Assembly: GCA_937942395.1 (NCBI GenBank)
Contig: CALDEU010000060.1
Coordinates: 34,699 to 98,698 of the forward strand
DNA: 64,000 bases
Reading direction: 5' to 3'
DNA from: an uncultured Collinsella sp.
GTDB taxonomy: Bacteria; Actinomycetota; Coriobacteriia; Coriobacteriales; Coriobacteriaceae
Positions 46,236-55,430 of the stretch are shown one piece after another. The notes under the pieces are model-generated. The model was not told the origin of the DNA, searched no databases, and saw nothing but the letters and a program-made list of their open reading frames with translations. A program made the translations under genes and the position numbers. Numbering within the stretch: the first letter of the stretch is position 1; each line of letters starts with the position of its first letter.

Positions 46236-47171
46236 ATGATCCTCACCGTTACGATGAACCCGTCTGTCGATACGCGCTATCAGCTCGATGAGCTCGTTAT
46301 CGACGACGTCAACCGTGTGACGCCCGAAAAGACCGCCGGCGGCAAGGGCCTTAACGTAGCCCGCGTCCTTGGTCAGTTGGGCGACGATGTTGTGGCAACC
46401 GGCCTGCTTGGTGGCCATATGGGCGCCTATATGGCCGAGCTCATGGACGCCAACGGTATTAACAACGACTTTGTGCCCATCAAGGGCGAGACCCGCATCT
46501 GCCTCAATATCCTTCATGCCGGCAACCAGACCGAGCTGCTCGAGAGCGGCCCGACAATTGCCCCTGAGGAGCTCGATGCCTTTACCGCCAAGTTTACCGA
46601 GCTTGCGAGCAAGGCCGACGTCGTCACCATCTCGGGTTCGCTGCCCCGCGGTGTCGAGGCAGACTACTATGCCAAGATCACGGGCATTGCCGAGAACGCC
46701 GGCGCCAAGGTGCTGCTCGATACCTCGGGTGCTTCGCTCGAGGCGGCGCTCAAGTCCGAGGTCAAGCCCGAGCTTGTCAAGCCTAACCTGACCGAGATCA
46801 ACGGCCTTCTGGGCACGAGCTTTACCACCGACGATGTGGACGAGCTCCGCGCCGCGCTCGCCTCTGATGCCCGCTTCTCCGATATCCCCTGGGTCGTCGT
46901 GTCCATGGGTGCCGCCGGCTCCGTGGGCTTCCATAACGGCCGTGCGTTCCGCGCAAAGACGCCCGATATCCCTGCCGTTAACGCCACGGGCTCTGGTGAC
47001 TCCACTATCGCAGGCTTCGCGCATGCCATCGCTGCTGGCGCAGACGACGAGACGGTGCTGCGTACCGCCAATACCTGCGGCAAGCTCAACGCCATGGATC
47101 CCATGACCGGCCATCTGGTCATGGACCGTTGGGACGAGGTCTACAACGGCGTTGTCGTGACCGAGCTGTAA
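46236..47171 (+). CDS. PfkB-family sugar-phosphate kinase (tagatose-6-phosphate kinase / 1-phosphofructokinase type).
   Basis: MILTVTMNPSVD N-terminus and GSGD ATP-site motif. Downstream of agaS and nagA. Confidence 0.8.
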   Translation: MILTVTMNPSVDTRYQLDELVIDDVNRVTPEKTAGGKGLNVARVLGQLGDDVVATGLLGGHMGAYMAELMDANGINNDFVPIKGETRICLNILHAGNQTELLESGPTIAPEELDAFTAKFTELASKADVVTISGSLPRGVEADYYAKITGIAENAGAKVLLDTSGASLEAALKSEVKPELVKPNLTEINGLLGTSFTTDDVDELRAALASDARFSDIPWVVVSMGAAGSVGFHNGRAFRAKTPDIPAVNATGSGDSTIAGFAHAIAAGADDETVLRTANTCGKLNAMDPMTGHLVMDRWDEVYNGVVVTEL

Positions 47172-47204
47172 GAGCTTGGGTGACGGCCTCGGCATCGCTT
47201 GCTA

Positions 47205-47336
47205 GCTCATGTCGACGACAAGTGCGGTAGCATTATGCCGGGGCGCGACGCCGAGTTTGTCGTGTTCAATCCCGACCTTACCCTGGTCGAGGCGTATGTG
47301 GGTGGCAACAGCGTCGGTAACGCGTTTGCCGAGTAG
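47205..47336 (+). pseudogene. Remnant of a second nagA: the C-terminal ~43 codons only.
   Basis: Translates to AHVDDKCGSIMPGRDAEFVVFNPDLTLVEAYVGGNSVGNAFAE*. About 75% nucleotide identity to 44350-44477, the nagA 3' end. No upstream ORF in frame. Confidence 0.7.
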
Positions 47337-47368
47337 CCGCCAAAGAAGCGATCCGAAAGGGGATTTAG

Positions 47369-47842
47369 ATGATTTACGGTGCATTGGGCGATATCGAGGA
47401 GTATCGCGGAATGCTCAAGGGCCTCGACGTGCTGATCGACTGGCTCGAGGAGAACGACCCGGCGCAGCTCGAGGTCGGCAGCCATCCGATTCTGGGCGAC
47501 AAGGTCTATGCGAACGTCATGGCTCCCACGACGCGTCCCGAGGCAGAGGCTCACTATGAGACGCATCAGCGCTATCATGACCTGCAGATCGACATTGAGG
47601 GTCGCGAGGCCTTTAAGGTCGCTACGGGCAGCTTGACGCTGGTCCAGGAGTTTGACGAGAAGGACGACTACGATCTGGTCGATTCCGACGCCTCGATCGC
47701 CGGCGATCTGGCCGACGACAAGTTCGCCCTGTTCGTTGCCGGCGAGCCTCACATGCCCACGCTCGAGTTCCCGGGCGATGGCGCACAGCCGGTCAAGAAG
47801 ATCTGCTTTAAGCTGCTTGCAGACGCTTACTGGGAGGAGTAG
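47369..47842 (+). CDS. YhcH/YjgK/YiaL-family (DUF386) protein.
   Basis: 157 aa with the family's conserved N-terminal region. Confidence 0.8.
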   Translation: MIYGALGDIEEYRGMLKGLDVLIDWLEENDPAQLEVGSHPILGDKVYANVMAPTTRPEAEAHYETHQRYHDLQIDIEGREAFKVATGSLTLVQEFDEKDDYDLVDSDASIAGDLADDKFALFVAGEPHMPTLEFPGDGAQPVKKICFKLLADAYWEE

Positions 47843-48038
47843 CGCACTGCTCGTGAGCTAGCGTGATTTCCCTTGGGGAACGCGTTTGAGCCCCGCTGAT
47901 CGCGGTCCCCTTGGGGATTGCGGTTGGCGGGGCTTGTTGTTGAGTAGGGGAGTTGCCGACGGCGTTGTGCTTGGATTGGCGGATGCGCGCTCGAAATCGG
48001 CAACAAAAAAGCCGCCCGAAGGCGGCTATCTTGTGCAA

Positions 48039-48114
48039 TGGAGCCAGCGACCGGGCTCGAACCGGTGACCCCCGCTTTACGAGAGCGGTGCTCTACCAAC
48101 TGAGCTACGCTGGC
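48039..48114 (-). tRNA. tRNA-Thr (anticodon CGU).
   Basis: Cloverleaf reconstructed by hand: 7-bp acceptor, GCTC/GAGC D-stem, anticodon loop CT-CGT-AA, TTCGAGC T-loop. CCA encoded. Confidence 0.85.
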
Positions 48115-48271
48115 GGCCATGTGATGACGCAACTGAGACGTCAACGGCTGTCTATGATACGGGACATCGCAAATCCGCGCAAGTGTTCTGACGGCTTTTC
48201 TCACTTTAAATGCACTAATATTGGAGACGTGATGTCTTGCTCTTACGGGTCTCAAACAGAATGGGGTGGCG

Positions 48272-48766
48272 ATGGCTCAACCCAAGATTCTTCTCACACG
48301 CATCGATGACCGGTTTATTTACGGGCAAGACGTTGAGCTGTGGAACGAAGTCGTGGGTTCCAACCTTGTTTTAATCGTCAACGATGAGATTGCGGCTGAT
48401 TCGCGCAAGTGGGCCCCTATGAGGGTGGCGACACCCGAGGGTGTCTGGACGCGGTTTTTCTCGGTGCAAAGGACTGTCGACATCATTCATACCGCAACGC
48501 CGCGCCAAAGGATTCTCATCATGGTGGCGTCGCCCACGGATGCACTCGCGCTGGTTAAGGGCGGTGTGCCGATCACCAAGATCAGCATTGGCCATATGCA
48601 GGCGGGGGAGGGCAAGCACCCCATAACGCCCGCAGTCGCCGTAGACGATACGGACATCGCTGCCTTCAAAGAGCTACAAGAACTCGGCATAGAGCTAGAA
48701 ATCCGTTACCTCCCCAGCTCCAATCCCGACCCCATCCAACTAGTCATTGGGGACGTTCTTAAATGA
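48272..48766 (+). CDS. Orphan PTS Man-family EIIB paralog with an altered C-terminus. The last 11 codons and the stop codon lie inside a family-B repeat.
   Basis: ~60% aa identity to the IIB at 38548-39030 up to ...ELEIRYLPSS, then repeat-derived sequence NPDPIQLVIGDVLK*. Confidence 0.7.
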   Translation: MAQPKILLTRIDDRFIYGQDVELWNEVVGSNLVLIVNDEIAADSRKWAPMRVATPEGVWTRFFSVQRTVDIIHTATPRQRILIMVASPTDALALVKGGVPITKISIGHMQAGEGKHPITPAVAVDDTDIAAFKELQELGIELEIRYLPSSNPDPIQLVIGDVLK

Positions 48767-48923
48767 CTAGTCAAACGGGACACCCTTGGCACTTGGGGAC
48801 GTTCCTTATGTGCCGGCCTTTTAGGAACGTCCCCAAGTGTCGGCAGATTGGGACAGTCCTTCTCGCCAAACGTTAAAGACTGTCCCCAATGACTAGTCAT
48901 TTAAGAACGTCCCCAATGACTAG
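48738..48923. repeat. Family-B repeat, locus 2: multiple direct and inverted GGGGACGTTC / GACTAGTCATT units forming nested hairpins.
   Basis: Seen directly. Includes the hairpin CTTGGGGACGTTCCTTA...TAGGAACGTCCCCAAG. Confidence 0.65.
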
Positions 48924-48929
48924 GTAGAA

Positions 48930-48962
48930 AAACGCCCGTCGGCAGTGGTGCCGGCGGGCGCT
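48930..48962 (-). terminator. Rho-independent terminator of galM.
   Basis: Hairpin CGCCCGTCGGC...GCCGGCGGGCG with a T-tract on the minus strand. Confidence 0.55.
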
Positions 48963-48988
48963 GCTGTGCGATATGTTGCGTTGTGGGC

Positions 48989-50041
48989 TTAGTGCCTCAT
49001 AAAGTGGTATTCGATCACATTGCTGTAGGGGTGACCCGGGCCCACAATGCCCTGCGGGAACAGCGGCTGGTGCGGTGTGTCGGGGTACATCTCTGCCTCG
49101 AGGGCAAAGCCAGCGCCCCAGCCATAGTTGGCATCGTCCTTGGCGTGCTCGTCGCCCAGCCAGTTGCCGGTGTAGAGCTGCACGCCCGGGGCGGTGGTGT
49201 AGTAATCCAACTCACGACCGGTCCACATCTCCTCGACGTGCAGGGCGCGGCGCAGATTACGGCCGTACTGATAGCCATCGATGCACAGGCAGTGGTCGTA
49301 GCCGCGTGCCTGCTTAATCTGGGGATCGTCGGCCTCCATGCCAGGCGCGACGGGGCGCAGCTCACGGAAGTCAAACGGCGTGCCCTCGACCGGAGCGATC
49401 TCGCCGGTGGGGATATTCTGCTCGTTGATGGGCAGGTAGTGGGCAGCGTTGGCAACAAAGAAGTGCTCGCAGTCCATGCCGGCGTTATGGCCGGCAAGGT
49501 TAAAGTACGTGTGGTTGGTCATGGACACGTAGGTGGCGCGGTCGCTCTCGCAACCATACTCGATGCGGAAGACGCCGGTGCGCGTAACGGTAAACACAGC
49601 CGTAAAGATTCGGTTGCCGGGCAGGCCCAGCTCGCCATCCTTAAGCGAGGTGGTCATGCGCACGGCGTTGTGAGTCTCGTCGAGCTCAACGTCCCATACG
49701 CGCTTGTGCAGGCCGTGCTCAAGATCGCTGTGTAGGTTGTTGGCGCCTTCGTTGGCCGGCATATGCCAGTCCGTGCCGGCGATGGTGATCGTGGCGCCCG
49801 CGGTGCGGTTTGCCACGGGGCCGATGGTCGCGCCAAAGCAGGCGGGGTTGTCAAAGTAATCCTCGAGCTTATCGAAGCCCAGCACCACATCGCGCACGTT
49901 GCCGGGAATGTCGGGCACATCGATACCCAGCACGGTGGCGCCATAGTCCATAATGCGAACGCAGATCTCGGGCCCGTTGAGGGTGTAACGATGAACGGGG
50001 GTACCGCACGGCGCGGTGCCGAAAAGCTCGGAAGTGATCAT
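48989..50041 (-). CDS. galM: Aldose 1-epimerase (galactose mutarotase).
   Basis: GalM motifs. Start assigned to MITSELFG; the upstream extension is judged non-coding. Confidence 0.85.
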   Translation of the reverse strand: MITSELFGTAPCGTPVHRYTLNGPEICVRIMDYGATVLGIDVPDIPGNVRDVVLGFDKLEDYFDNPACFGATIGPVANRTAGATITIAGTDWHMPANEGANNLHSDLEHGLHKRVWDVELDETHNAVRMTTSLKDGELGLPGNRIFTAVFTVTRTGVFRIEYGCESDRATYVSMTNHTYFNLAGHNAGMDCEHFFVANAAHYLPINEQNIPTGEIAPVEGTPFDFRELRPVAPGMEADDPQIKQARGYDHCLCIDGYQYGRNLRRALHVEEMWTGRELDYYTTAPGVQLYTGNWLGDEHAKDDANYGWGAGFALEAEMYPDTPHQPLFPQGIVGPGHPYSNVIEYHFMRH

Positions 50042-50206
50042 TTGGTTCCTAACATCGAGGTATTTCCGACAAACTGTAGCGCGAACAGGCGAGATTATCA
50101 CTACACCCCACTAAAGCAGGGGGTATTTTTCTCAAAAAAGTGATGATTGGAGCTGTGCGGGCGTTCATTTTTGACGCGCGCGAGTCTGATACAATTTGTT
50201 CGTTAT

Positions 50207-50217
50207 TGTTTGAATGA
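50207..50217. promoter_or_regulatory. TTGTTTGAATG motif. Candidate LacR (DeoR) operator. Copies also at 61556-61566 and 63450-63474.
   Basis: The same 11-mer lies upstream of lacR, lacF and lacA/B. Confidence 0.4.
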
Positions 50218-50247
50218 TATGCACGCATAGAACGGCGAGGATTCATC

Positions 50248-51012
50248 GTGATTAAGGCAGAGCGACAGGATAAGGTTCGTCAGCTGCTCGAAGAGCAGGG
50301 CACGGTCTCGGTCAAGGAGATTTCGGATGCGTTAGGTGTCTCGGATATGACGATCCGCCGCGACCTCGAAGAACTTGCGAGCCTAGGCGAGATCGAGCGC
50401 GTGCACGGCGGAGCCCGCAGTGCACAGGGCCGTCCCCACGCTATGCTGCGCCATGAGTATTCGCACAGCGAAAAGCGCACCAAGCATGCCGAGGAAAAGC
50501 TGCAGATTGCGCGCCGTGCTGTGGAGCTTATCGAGGAAGGCTCGACCATCTTTTTGGGCACGGGCACTACGGTGGAGCAGATGGCCTCGATGCTGCCGGC
50601 GTTTCGCCTGCGCATTGTGACCAATTCGCTTTCGGTGTTTAACCTGCTCGAGGCGCGCGAAGACTGCGACCTGTGCCTCGTGGGCGGTATGTACCGTCGC
50701 CGCACCGCCGCTTTTGTGGGGCCAACGGCCGAGGATACTCTGCGTGCGTTGGGTATCGATGCGGCGTTTATCGGCGCCAACGGCATTCTGGATGGCGACG
50801 TATCTACGTCCAATATGGATGAGGGTCGTATCCAGCAGCTCGCCTTTAGCAAGGCCGACTCGCGCTATCTGATCGCCGACTCCAGCAAAATCGGCAAGCG
50901 CGACTTCTACACCTTCTGCCGCCTGGACAGTTTGGACGCCGTGGTGTGCGAGCCAGGTATCGCCGCCGAGGATCGCGCCGCCATCGAGGAACACACGCAG
51001 GTCATCTGCTAG
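50248..51012 (+). CDS. lacR: DeoR-family transcriptional repressor (LacR/GlpR type).
   Basis: N-terminal HTH (VSVKEISDALGVSDMTIRRDL) plus DeoR C-terminal sugar-phosphate sensor domain. Confidence 0.85.
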   Translation: MIKAERQDKVRQLLEEQGTVSVKEISDALGVSDMTIRRDLEELASLGEIERVHGGARSAQGRPHAMLRHEYSHSEKRTKHAEEKLQIARRAVELIEEGSTIFLGTGTTVEQMASMLPAFRLRIVTNSLSVFNLLEAREDCDLCLVGGMYRRRTAAFVGPTAEDTLRALGIDAAFIGANGILDGDVSTSNMDEGRIQQLAFSKADSRYLIADSSKIGKRDFYTFCRLDSLDAVVCEPGIAAEDRAAIEEHTQVIC

Positions 51013-51110
51013 CTAACGCTGCAGACGATACTTCTGCTCTCTGCCGGGGCGGGGATTATCGCTTCAATATGACACGCAAATGTGCTCGGGCCAAGTATTC
51101 AGCTTGTGGG

Positions 51111-51416
51111 CTAGACCAGGCGGGCGTAGTCCTGTGACTGATGAAAGATGTGGGCGATATAGATTGTTTCGTGCTCAAACTTGTAAAGACACACGTAGTT
51201 GTTGACGGGAAACGATCGGTAATTACGTGCAGCCAGCTCTTGCATGTGCGAGAGGGGACGTAGGAGCGGCTGCTCGCGAAGCGGATCAAGCTGATATTCA
51301 AACTCAGCGACAAAATTGCCTGCTGTGCGCGGATTCTTGAGGATTTGGGCAAGGTATCCGACAATACTCTCGTACTCATATCGCGCGCTTTTGAGGATTA
51401 CGACGTTATAGGTCAT
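51111..51416 (-). CDS. Type II toxin-antitoxin toxin, RelE/ParE superfamily.
   Basis: 101 aa. Overlaps the upstream antitoxin gene by 11 nt. Confidence 0.7.
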   Translation of the reverse strand: MTYNVVILKSARYEYESIVGYLAQILKNPRTAGNFVAEFEYQLDPLREQPLLRPLSHMQELAARNYRSFPVNNYVCLYKFEHETIYIAHIFHQSQDYARLV

Positions 51417-51672
51417 ATTTGTCTCGTATCGAAGCCGCGAAGGATTCGTAATCGCTGTAGTCGCCTTGCGATATTTCGTCTTCTGCCATCATCATACGAG
51501 ACAGCAGTTTTGCCTTGGCGATTTCTTCTTGCATGAGGCGATACTGGTCGCTGCTGATGCAGTGCATGGTCTCGTAGCCGTTCTTGGTTACGGTGACGTC
51601 GCGCTCAGACTCAACAAGTGCGGTGAATGTGGCAGTGTCCTTCATGTCTCGGACGGGCACACAAGCGGACAT
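51406..51672 (-). CDS. Type II antitoxin (Phd/YefM-like).
   Basis: 88 aa with an AAGGAGG RBS. Immediately upstream of and overlapping the toxin. Confidence 0.6.
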   Translation of the reverse strand: MSACVPVRDMKDTATFTALVESERDVTVTKNGYETMHCISSDQYRLMQEEIAKAKLLSRMMMAEDEISQGDYSDYESFAASIRDKYDL

Positions 51673-51737
51673 GGGTACCTCCTTTGCGTCGTGGCATAAT
51701 TGTACCACGGTGTGTCCAAGCGACCGGTACCGTCGAA

Positions 51738-51963
51738 TCGTCTCAATCTGTAACAGTTGGGATCGAAAAACTCGGCTAGATGTTACAGATTGAGATTAAA
51801 GGGATTGACCTGTGGCGTTTGTCTCGATCTGTAACAGTTAGACGGTCGAAAGTGGGCTACGTGTTACAGATTGAGATCTTTCAGCCCTGGTCGCCCGTTC
51901 GTCTAAATCTATAACAGTTAGGATTGAAAATCCCTGCTAGATGTTACAAATCGAGACAAACGG
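51738..51963. repeat. Family-C palindromic repeats: three tandem ~62-bp units, each GTCTCAATCTGTAACAG-loop-CTGTTACAGATTGAGAC.
   Basis: Seen directly at 51738-51797, 51817-51879 and 51897-51963. A fourth copy is at 56625-56692. Confidence 0.65.
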
Positions 51964-51976
51964 CCTGCACGGGCCG

Positions 51977-52030
51977 AGCAAAAAAATAGGCCGCATGCGA
52001 ACCCGTGGAGGGATTCGCATGCGGCCGACA
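51977..52030 (-). terminator. Rho-independent terminator of GH1 gene #1.
   Basis: 13-bp stem GGCCGCATGCGAA...TTCGCATGCGGCC followed on the minus strand by TATTTTTTTG. Confidence 0.65.
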
Positions 52031-52048
52031 GGGGGTATGCGGCAAAAG

Positions 52049-53470
52049 TTAGGCCATAAGCAGGCCGGTCTCCGAGACGTTCTTGTACCAGTACGCGCTC
52101 GCCTTGGGATAGCGCTTCTGGGTCTCAAAGTCGATGTAGAACAGGCCATAGCGCTTGTTATAGCCGTTGGTCCAGGAGAACTGGTCCTGCAGCGACCACA
52201 CGAAGTAACCGTCGACGTTCACGCCGCCGTCGATTGCCTTGAGAATCCATGCGAGATGCTGACGCATGTAGTCGATGCGAGGGGCGTCGTCGATAAAGCC
52301 GTCCTCAAAGTCGTCCTTATAGCCCATGCCGTTCTCGGTGATGTAGATCTTCTTGTAGTTGGGGTAATCGTTCTTAATGCGGAGCAGCAGGTCGTAGAGA
52401 CCCTCGGGATAGATAATCCAGTCCCAATCGGTGGTGGGTACGCCTTCGCGCACGCATGACTCGCCCACGCCCTTGAGGAACCAGCGCGAGGAGCCCTTGT
52501 CGCCGGTGCCATTGTGGTTGATGTCGTTTTCGCCCTCGGCGGCACGCAGGAACTGGCACTTGTAGGTGTTGACGCCCAGGCAATCGTTGTAGGGGAGCGC
52601 GGCGGTCAGCGCGGCGATGTCCTCGTCGCGGACGTCGAGCTCGCCGCCGGCGATATGGGCCAGCTTGGTCGCAGCCTCCATGGTGTCGGCTGCATAGTGG
52701 CCGCGGAAGGTGGCGTCGAGTACCCAGCGGTTGTTGATGACGTCGGCCATGCGAGCTGCCTCGCAGTCGGCGGCGTTGTTGGGATCGAGGGGATACTTGG
52801 GCTCCAGGTTCTGGACAATGCCGATCTCACCCTCAAAGCCGCCCTCATGGAAGGCGACGACAGCCTTGGCGTGGGCCACCATCATGTTGTGCATGAGCTG
52901 GAAGGCCTTGTCCAGGCGGTACTTCTCGCCGTGCGGCCAGTTGCCGACGATAAAGCTGCCCTCGGCGGTCGCGGGAATCTCGTTAAAGGTAAACCAGTGC
53001 TTGACCTCGGTGAACTCGGCAAAGCAGAACTTGGCGTACTCGACAAAGGCGTCGATCGTCGTGCGCGTCAGGAAGCCCTCGCCGCCGTTCTGGTAAAAGG
53101 CCTCGGGCGTATCGAAGTGATCGAGCGTGACATAGGGGATAACGCCGGCTTTATTGCAGGTGGCGAAAAGCTCGTGATAGAAGGCGACACCTTCGGGATT
53201 GATCTCGCCAGTGCCGTTGGGGAAGATGCGGCTCCAAGCGATGGAGACGCGGATACCGTTGATGCCAAAACGCTGGCACAGGTCGATATCGACCGGATAC
53301 TTGTTGTAGAAATCGCTTGCGGGGTCGGGGGAGAAGCGACCCTGGGCAGCCAGGAAATCGTCCCAGGGCACTTTGCCCTTGCCGTGCGTGCGGGTCTCGC
53401 CTTCAACCTGGTAAGCAGCGGTGGCGCCGCCAAACACAAAGCCGTCGGGGAACTGCATGGGGTTGGTCAT
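52049..53470 (-). CDS. lacG: GH1 6-phospho-beta-galactosidase/glucosidase, copy 1.
   Basis: FVFGGATAAYQVEG N-terminus, NEP and ITENG catalytic Glu motifs. Co-operonic with a LacE-like IICB. Confidence 0.9.
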   Translation of the reverse strand: MTNPMQFPDGFVFGGATAAYQVEGETRTHGKGKVPWDDFLAAQGRFSPDPASDFYNKYPVDIDLCQRFGINGIRVSIAWSRIFPNGTGEINPEGVAFYHELFATCNKAGVIPYVTLDHFDTPEAFYQNGGEGFLTRTTIDAFVEYAKFCFAEFTEVKHWFTFNEIPATAEGSFIVGNWPHGEKYRLDKAFQLMHNMMVAHAKAVVAFHEGGFEGEIGIVQNLEPKYPLDPNNAADCEAARMADVINNRWVLDATFRGHYAADTMEAATKLAHIAGGELDVRDEDIAALTAALPYNDCLGVNTYKCQFLRAAEGENDINHNGTGDKGSSRWFLKGVGESCVREGVPTTDWDWIIYPEGLYDLLLRIKNDYPNYKKIYITENGMGYKDDFEDGFIDDAPRIDYMRQHLAWILKAIDGGVNVDGYFVWSLQDQFSWTNGYNKRYGLFYIDFETQKRYPKASAYWYKNVSETGLLMA

Positions 53471-53547
53471 GAGTCATCCTTTCAGTGGGATACGGAATAG
53501 GGGGAGGTGCCCGAACTGGGGATCCGGGCACCAACAGAGGGAGGAAG

Positions 53548-55326
53548 CTAGTCGAGGTTCTCGCGGAGCCACTTGATGGCGCCAGCGGGGTCGCGAGTAA
53601 GGTCGATATATTCCTTACCGCGGGGAGCGAGCAGCTTAATGCCCAGACGATCGGTGTCGGCCTTCATGTCGTTGTAGTAGCTACGAACCTGCGGGGCGAG
53701 CACGATGACGTCGTACTGATCCATGATGGCAGTGTGCTGACCATAGGCGCCTGCGGAGGAAGCGATGTTCTCTCCGGTCTGTGCCGCACCTTCCTTGATG
53801 GCGTTGGCGAGCATGGCAGAGGTGCCGGCGCCGGCGCACAGGACGAGGACCTTCAGACCGTCGACATCCTTCTTGGCGGATGTGTCGGCGGCGGGCTCGG
53901 GCTGATCGGCGACAGGCTTGCTGTCGGCGGCAGCGGCGGTCGGCTCGACGGAAGCGGTAGTCTGCTCGACAGCGGGCGCAGGGGCGTTGGCGGCAATGGT
54001 GGCAGCACCATCGGACTCGAGACCCAGCTCGGCGGCGCGCTCGGCCTCCTGGTCGCAGAGCAGCTTATCGTATGCCTTTAAGAACGGCAGGTAGATGATG
54101 GCGTCCAGCAAGATGATGATCGCGACAAATACCAGGGCAATAAGCTGGAAGTTCGTGGTGATGAAGATGCCGATGGGGGCGGGGGTGGCCCAAGGCACCA
54201 CGAAGGAGAAGCCGTTCATGCCCACGTTATCGATAAAGAACTTGGCAACACTCACGTTGACGCAGCCGGCGGCAACAAAGGGGATGAGCATGTAGGGGTT
54301 AAGGATCATCGGCGCGCCAAAGAGCAGCGGTTCGTTGACGGCGAAGGCAACAGGAACAATCGAGGCCTTACCGACGGCTTTGAGCTGCTTGGACTTCATA
54401 AAGAGAATCAGCAGAAGCGGCACGATGAAGGTGGCGCCGGTGCCGCCGAACTCACCCACGAGCGACATGTTAAAGGTGAGGGAGTGGGCGGGGTGGCCAC
54501 CGGCCAGCAGAACCTGCAGGTTCTCGGCCTGGTTGGCAAGACGGATGGGGTCGATGCCCGGCTGGACGATCGAGGGGCCGTGGACACCGATGAACCAGAA
54601 GAACGCGGTGGCTGCCTGGATAAGGATAAGGCCAGGATAGGTTTCTGCTGCAGTGAAGAGCGGGGAGAGCAGCTTGATGAGCAGCTCGGAGAACGGAACG
54701 CCCATGAGGTTGCGCACGACGACATCGATGATGCCGCAGATGATGACGGCGCCGCCAAAGGGGATGATGTCACGGAAGTTCTGAGCGATGGCGCCCGGGA
54801 CCTCCTTGGGCAGCTTAATGGTCAGATCGCGAGAGACGCAGAACTTATAGACCCAAACGGTAATGAACGCGGCGATATAGGCCGAGAACAGACCACGCGT
54901 ACCCATGCTGGTGCAATCGAAGACCGAAAGCTCGGAGCCGTTGAACTTGGTGGTGAACTGCGTGACTGCGAGCAGCAGCATGCTGCACTGGGCGGCCACC
55001 ATGGTGGAACCGTCGTTGAGCACCTTGCCGGCGGGCATGCGACGGTTCATGGAAGCCGTAAAGTTCTTGGCAGTGGTGCCGGCGACCATGATGCCCATGA
55101 CGCCCATGGTGAAGTTGTACAGCTTGTTGCACCAGTCGATGAGCGGCTGGGGCAGCGTGATGCCAACTACGCCAGGAAGGGTGGCAATGAGCAGAAAGAT
55201 CGAAGAGGTGAGGACGATGGGCATGCACCCAAGGAATCCGTCCTTAATAGCCTGGAGGTAGATGTTCCTCGAGATCTTCTCAAAGAACGGCTGATGCTTT
55301 TCGAGCATCTTTACGATGGCGTCCAT
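53548..55326 (-). CDS. lacE: PTS lactose/cellobiose-family EIICB (LacE-like), copy 1.
   Basis: N-terminal IIC collinear with LacE (KPFFEKISRNIYLQAIKDGF...). C-terminal IIB domain with the Cys motif (LVLCAGAGTS). Confidence 0.9.
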   Translation of the reverse strand: MDAIVKMLEKHQPFFEKISRNIYLQAIKDGFLGCMPIVLTSSIFLLIATLPGVVGITLPQPLIDWCNKLYNFTMGVMGIMVAGTTAKNFTASMNRRMPAGKVLNDGSTMVAAQCSMLLLAVTQFTTKFNGSELSVFDCTSMGTRGLFSAYIAAFITVWVYKFCVSRDLTIKLPKEVPGAIAQNFRDIIPFGGAVIICGIIDVVVRNLMGVPFSELLIKLLSPLFTAAETYPGLILIQAATAFFWFIGVHGPSIVQPGIDPIRLANQAENLQVLLAGGHPAHSLTFNMSLVGEFGGTGATFIVPLLLILFMKSKQLKAVGKASIVPVAFAVNEPLLFGAPMILNPYMLIPFVAAGCVNVSVAKFFIDNVGMNGFSFVVPWATPAPIGIFITTNFQLIALVFVAIIILLDAIIYLPFLKAYDKLLCDQEAERAAELGLESDGAATIAANAPAPAVEQTTASVEPTAAAADSKPVADQPEPAADTSAKKDVDGLKVLVLCAGAGTSAMLANAIKEGAAQTGENIASSAGAYGQHTAIMDQYDVIVLAPQVRSYYNDMKADTDRLGIKLLAPRGKEYIDLTRDPAGAIKWLRENLD

Positions 55327-55430
55327 AAAGCTCCTTTGCTACTTGATGCGCGATGCATGTGGATGGAACTGGTCGTCGATGGATGGTCAGGACTGCCCGG
55401 AAACCTTCCTGCTTAAGGAAGGCATTGCGA

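Noticed and set aside
47843-48000. GC-rich hairpin-rich spacer upstream of tRNA-Thr as an independent ncRNA gene.
   Set aside because: No promoter or terminator pairing could be defined. It is treated as part of the tRNA-linked rearranged patch.
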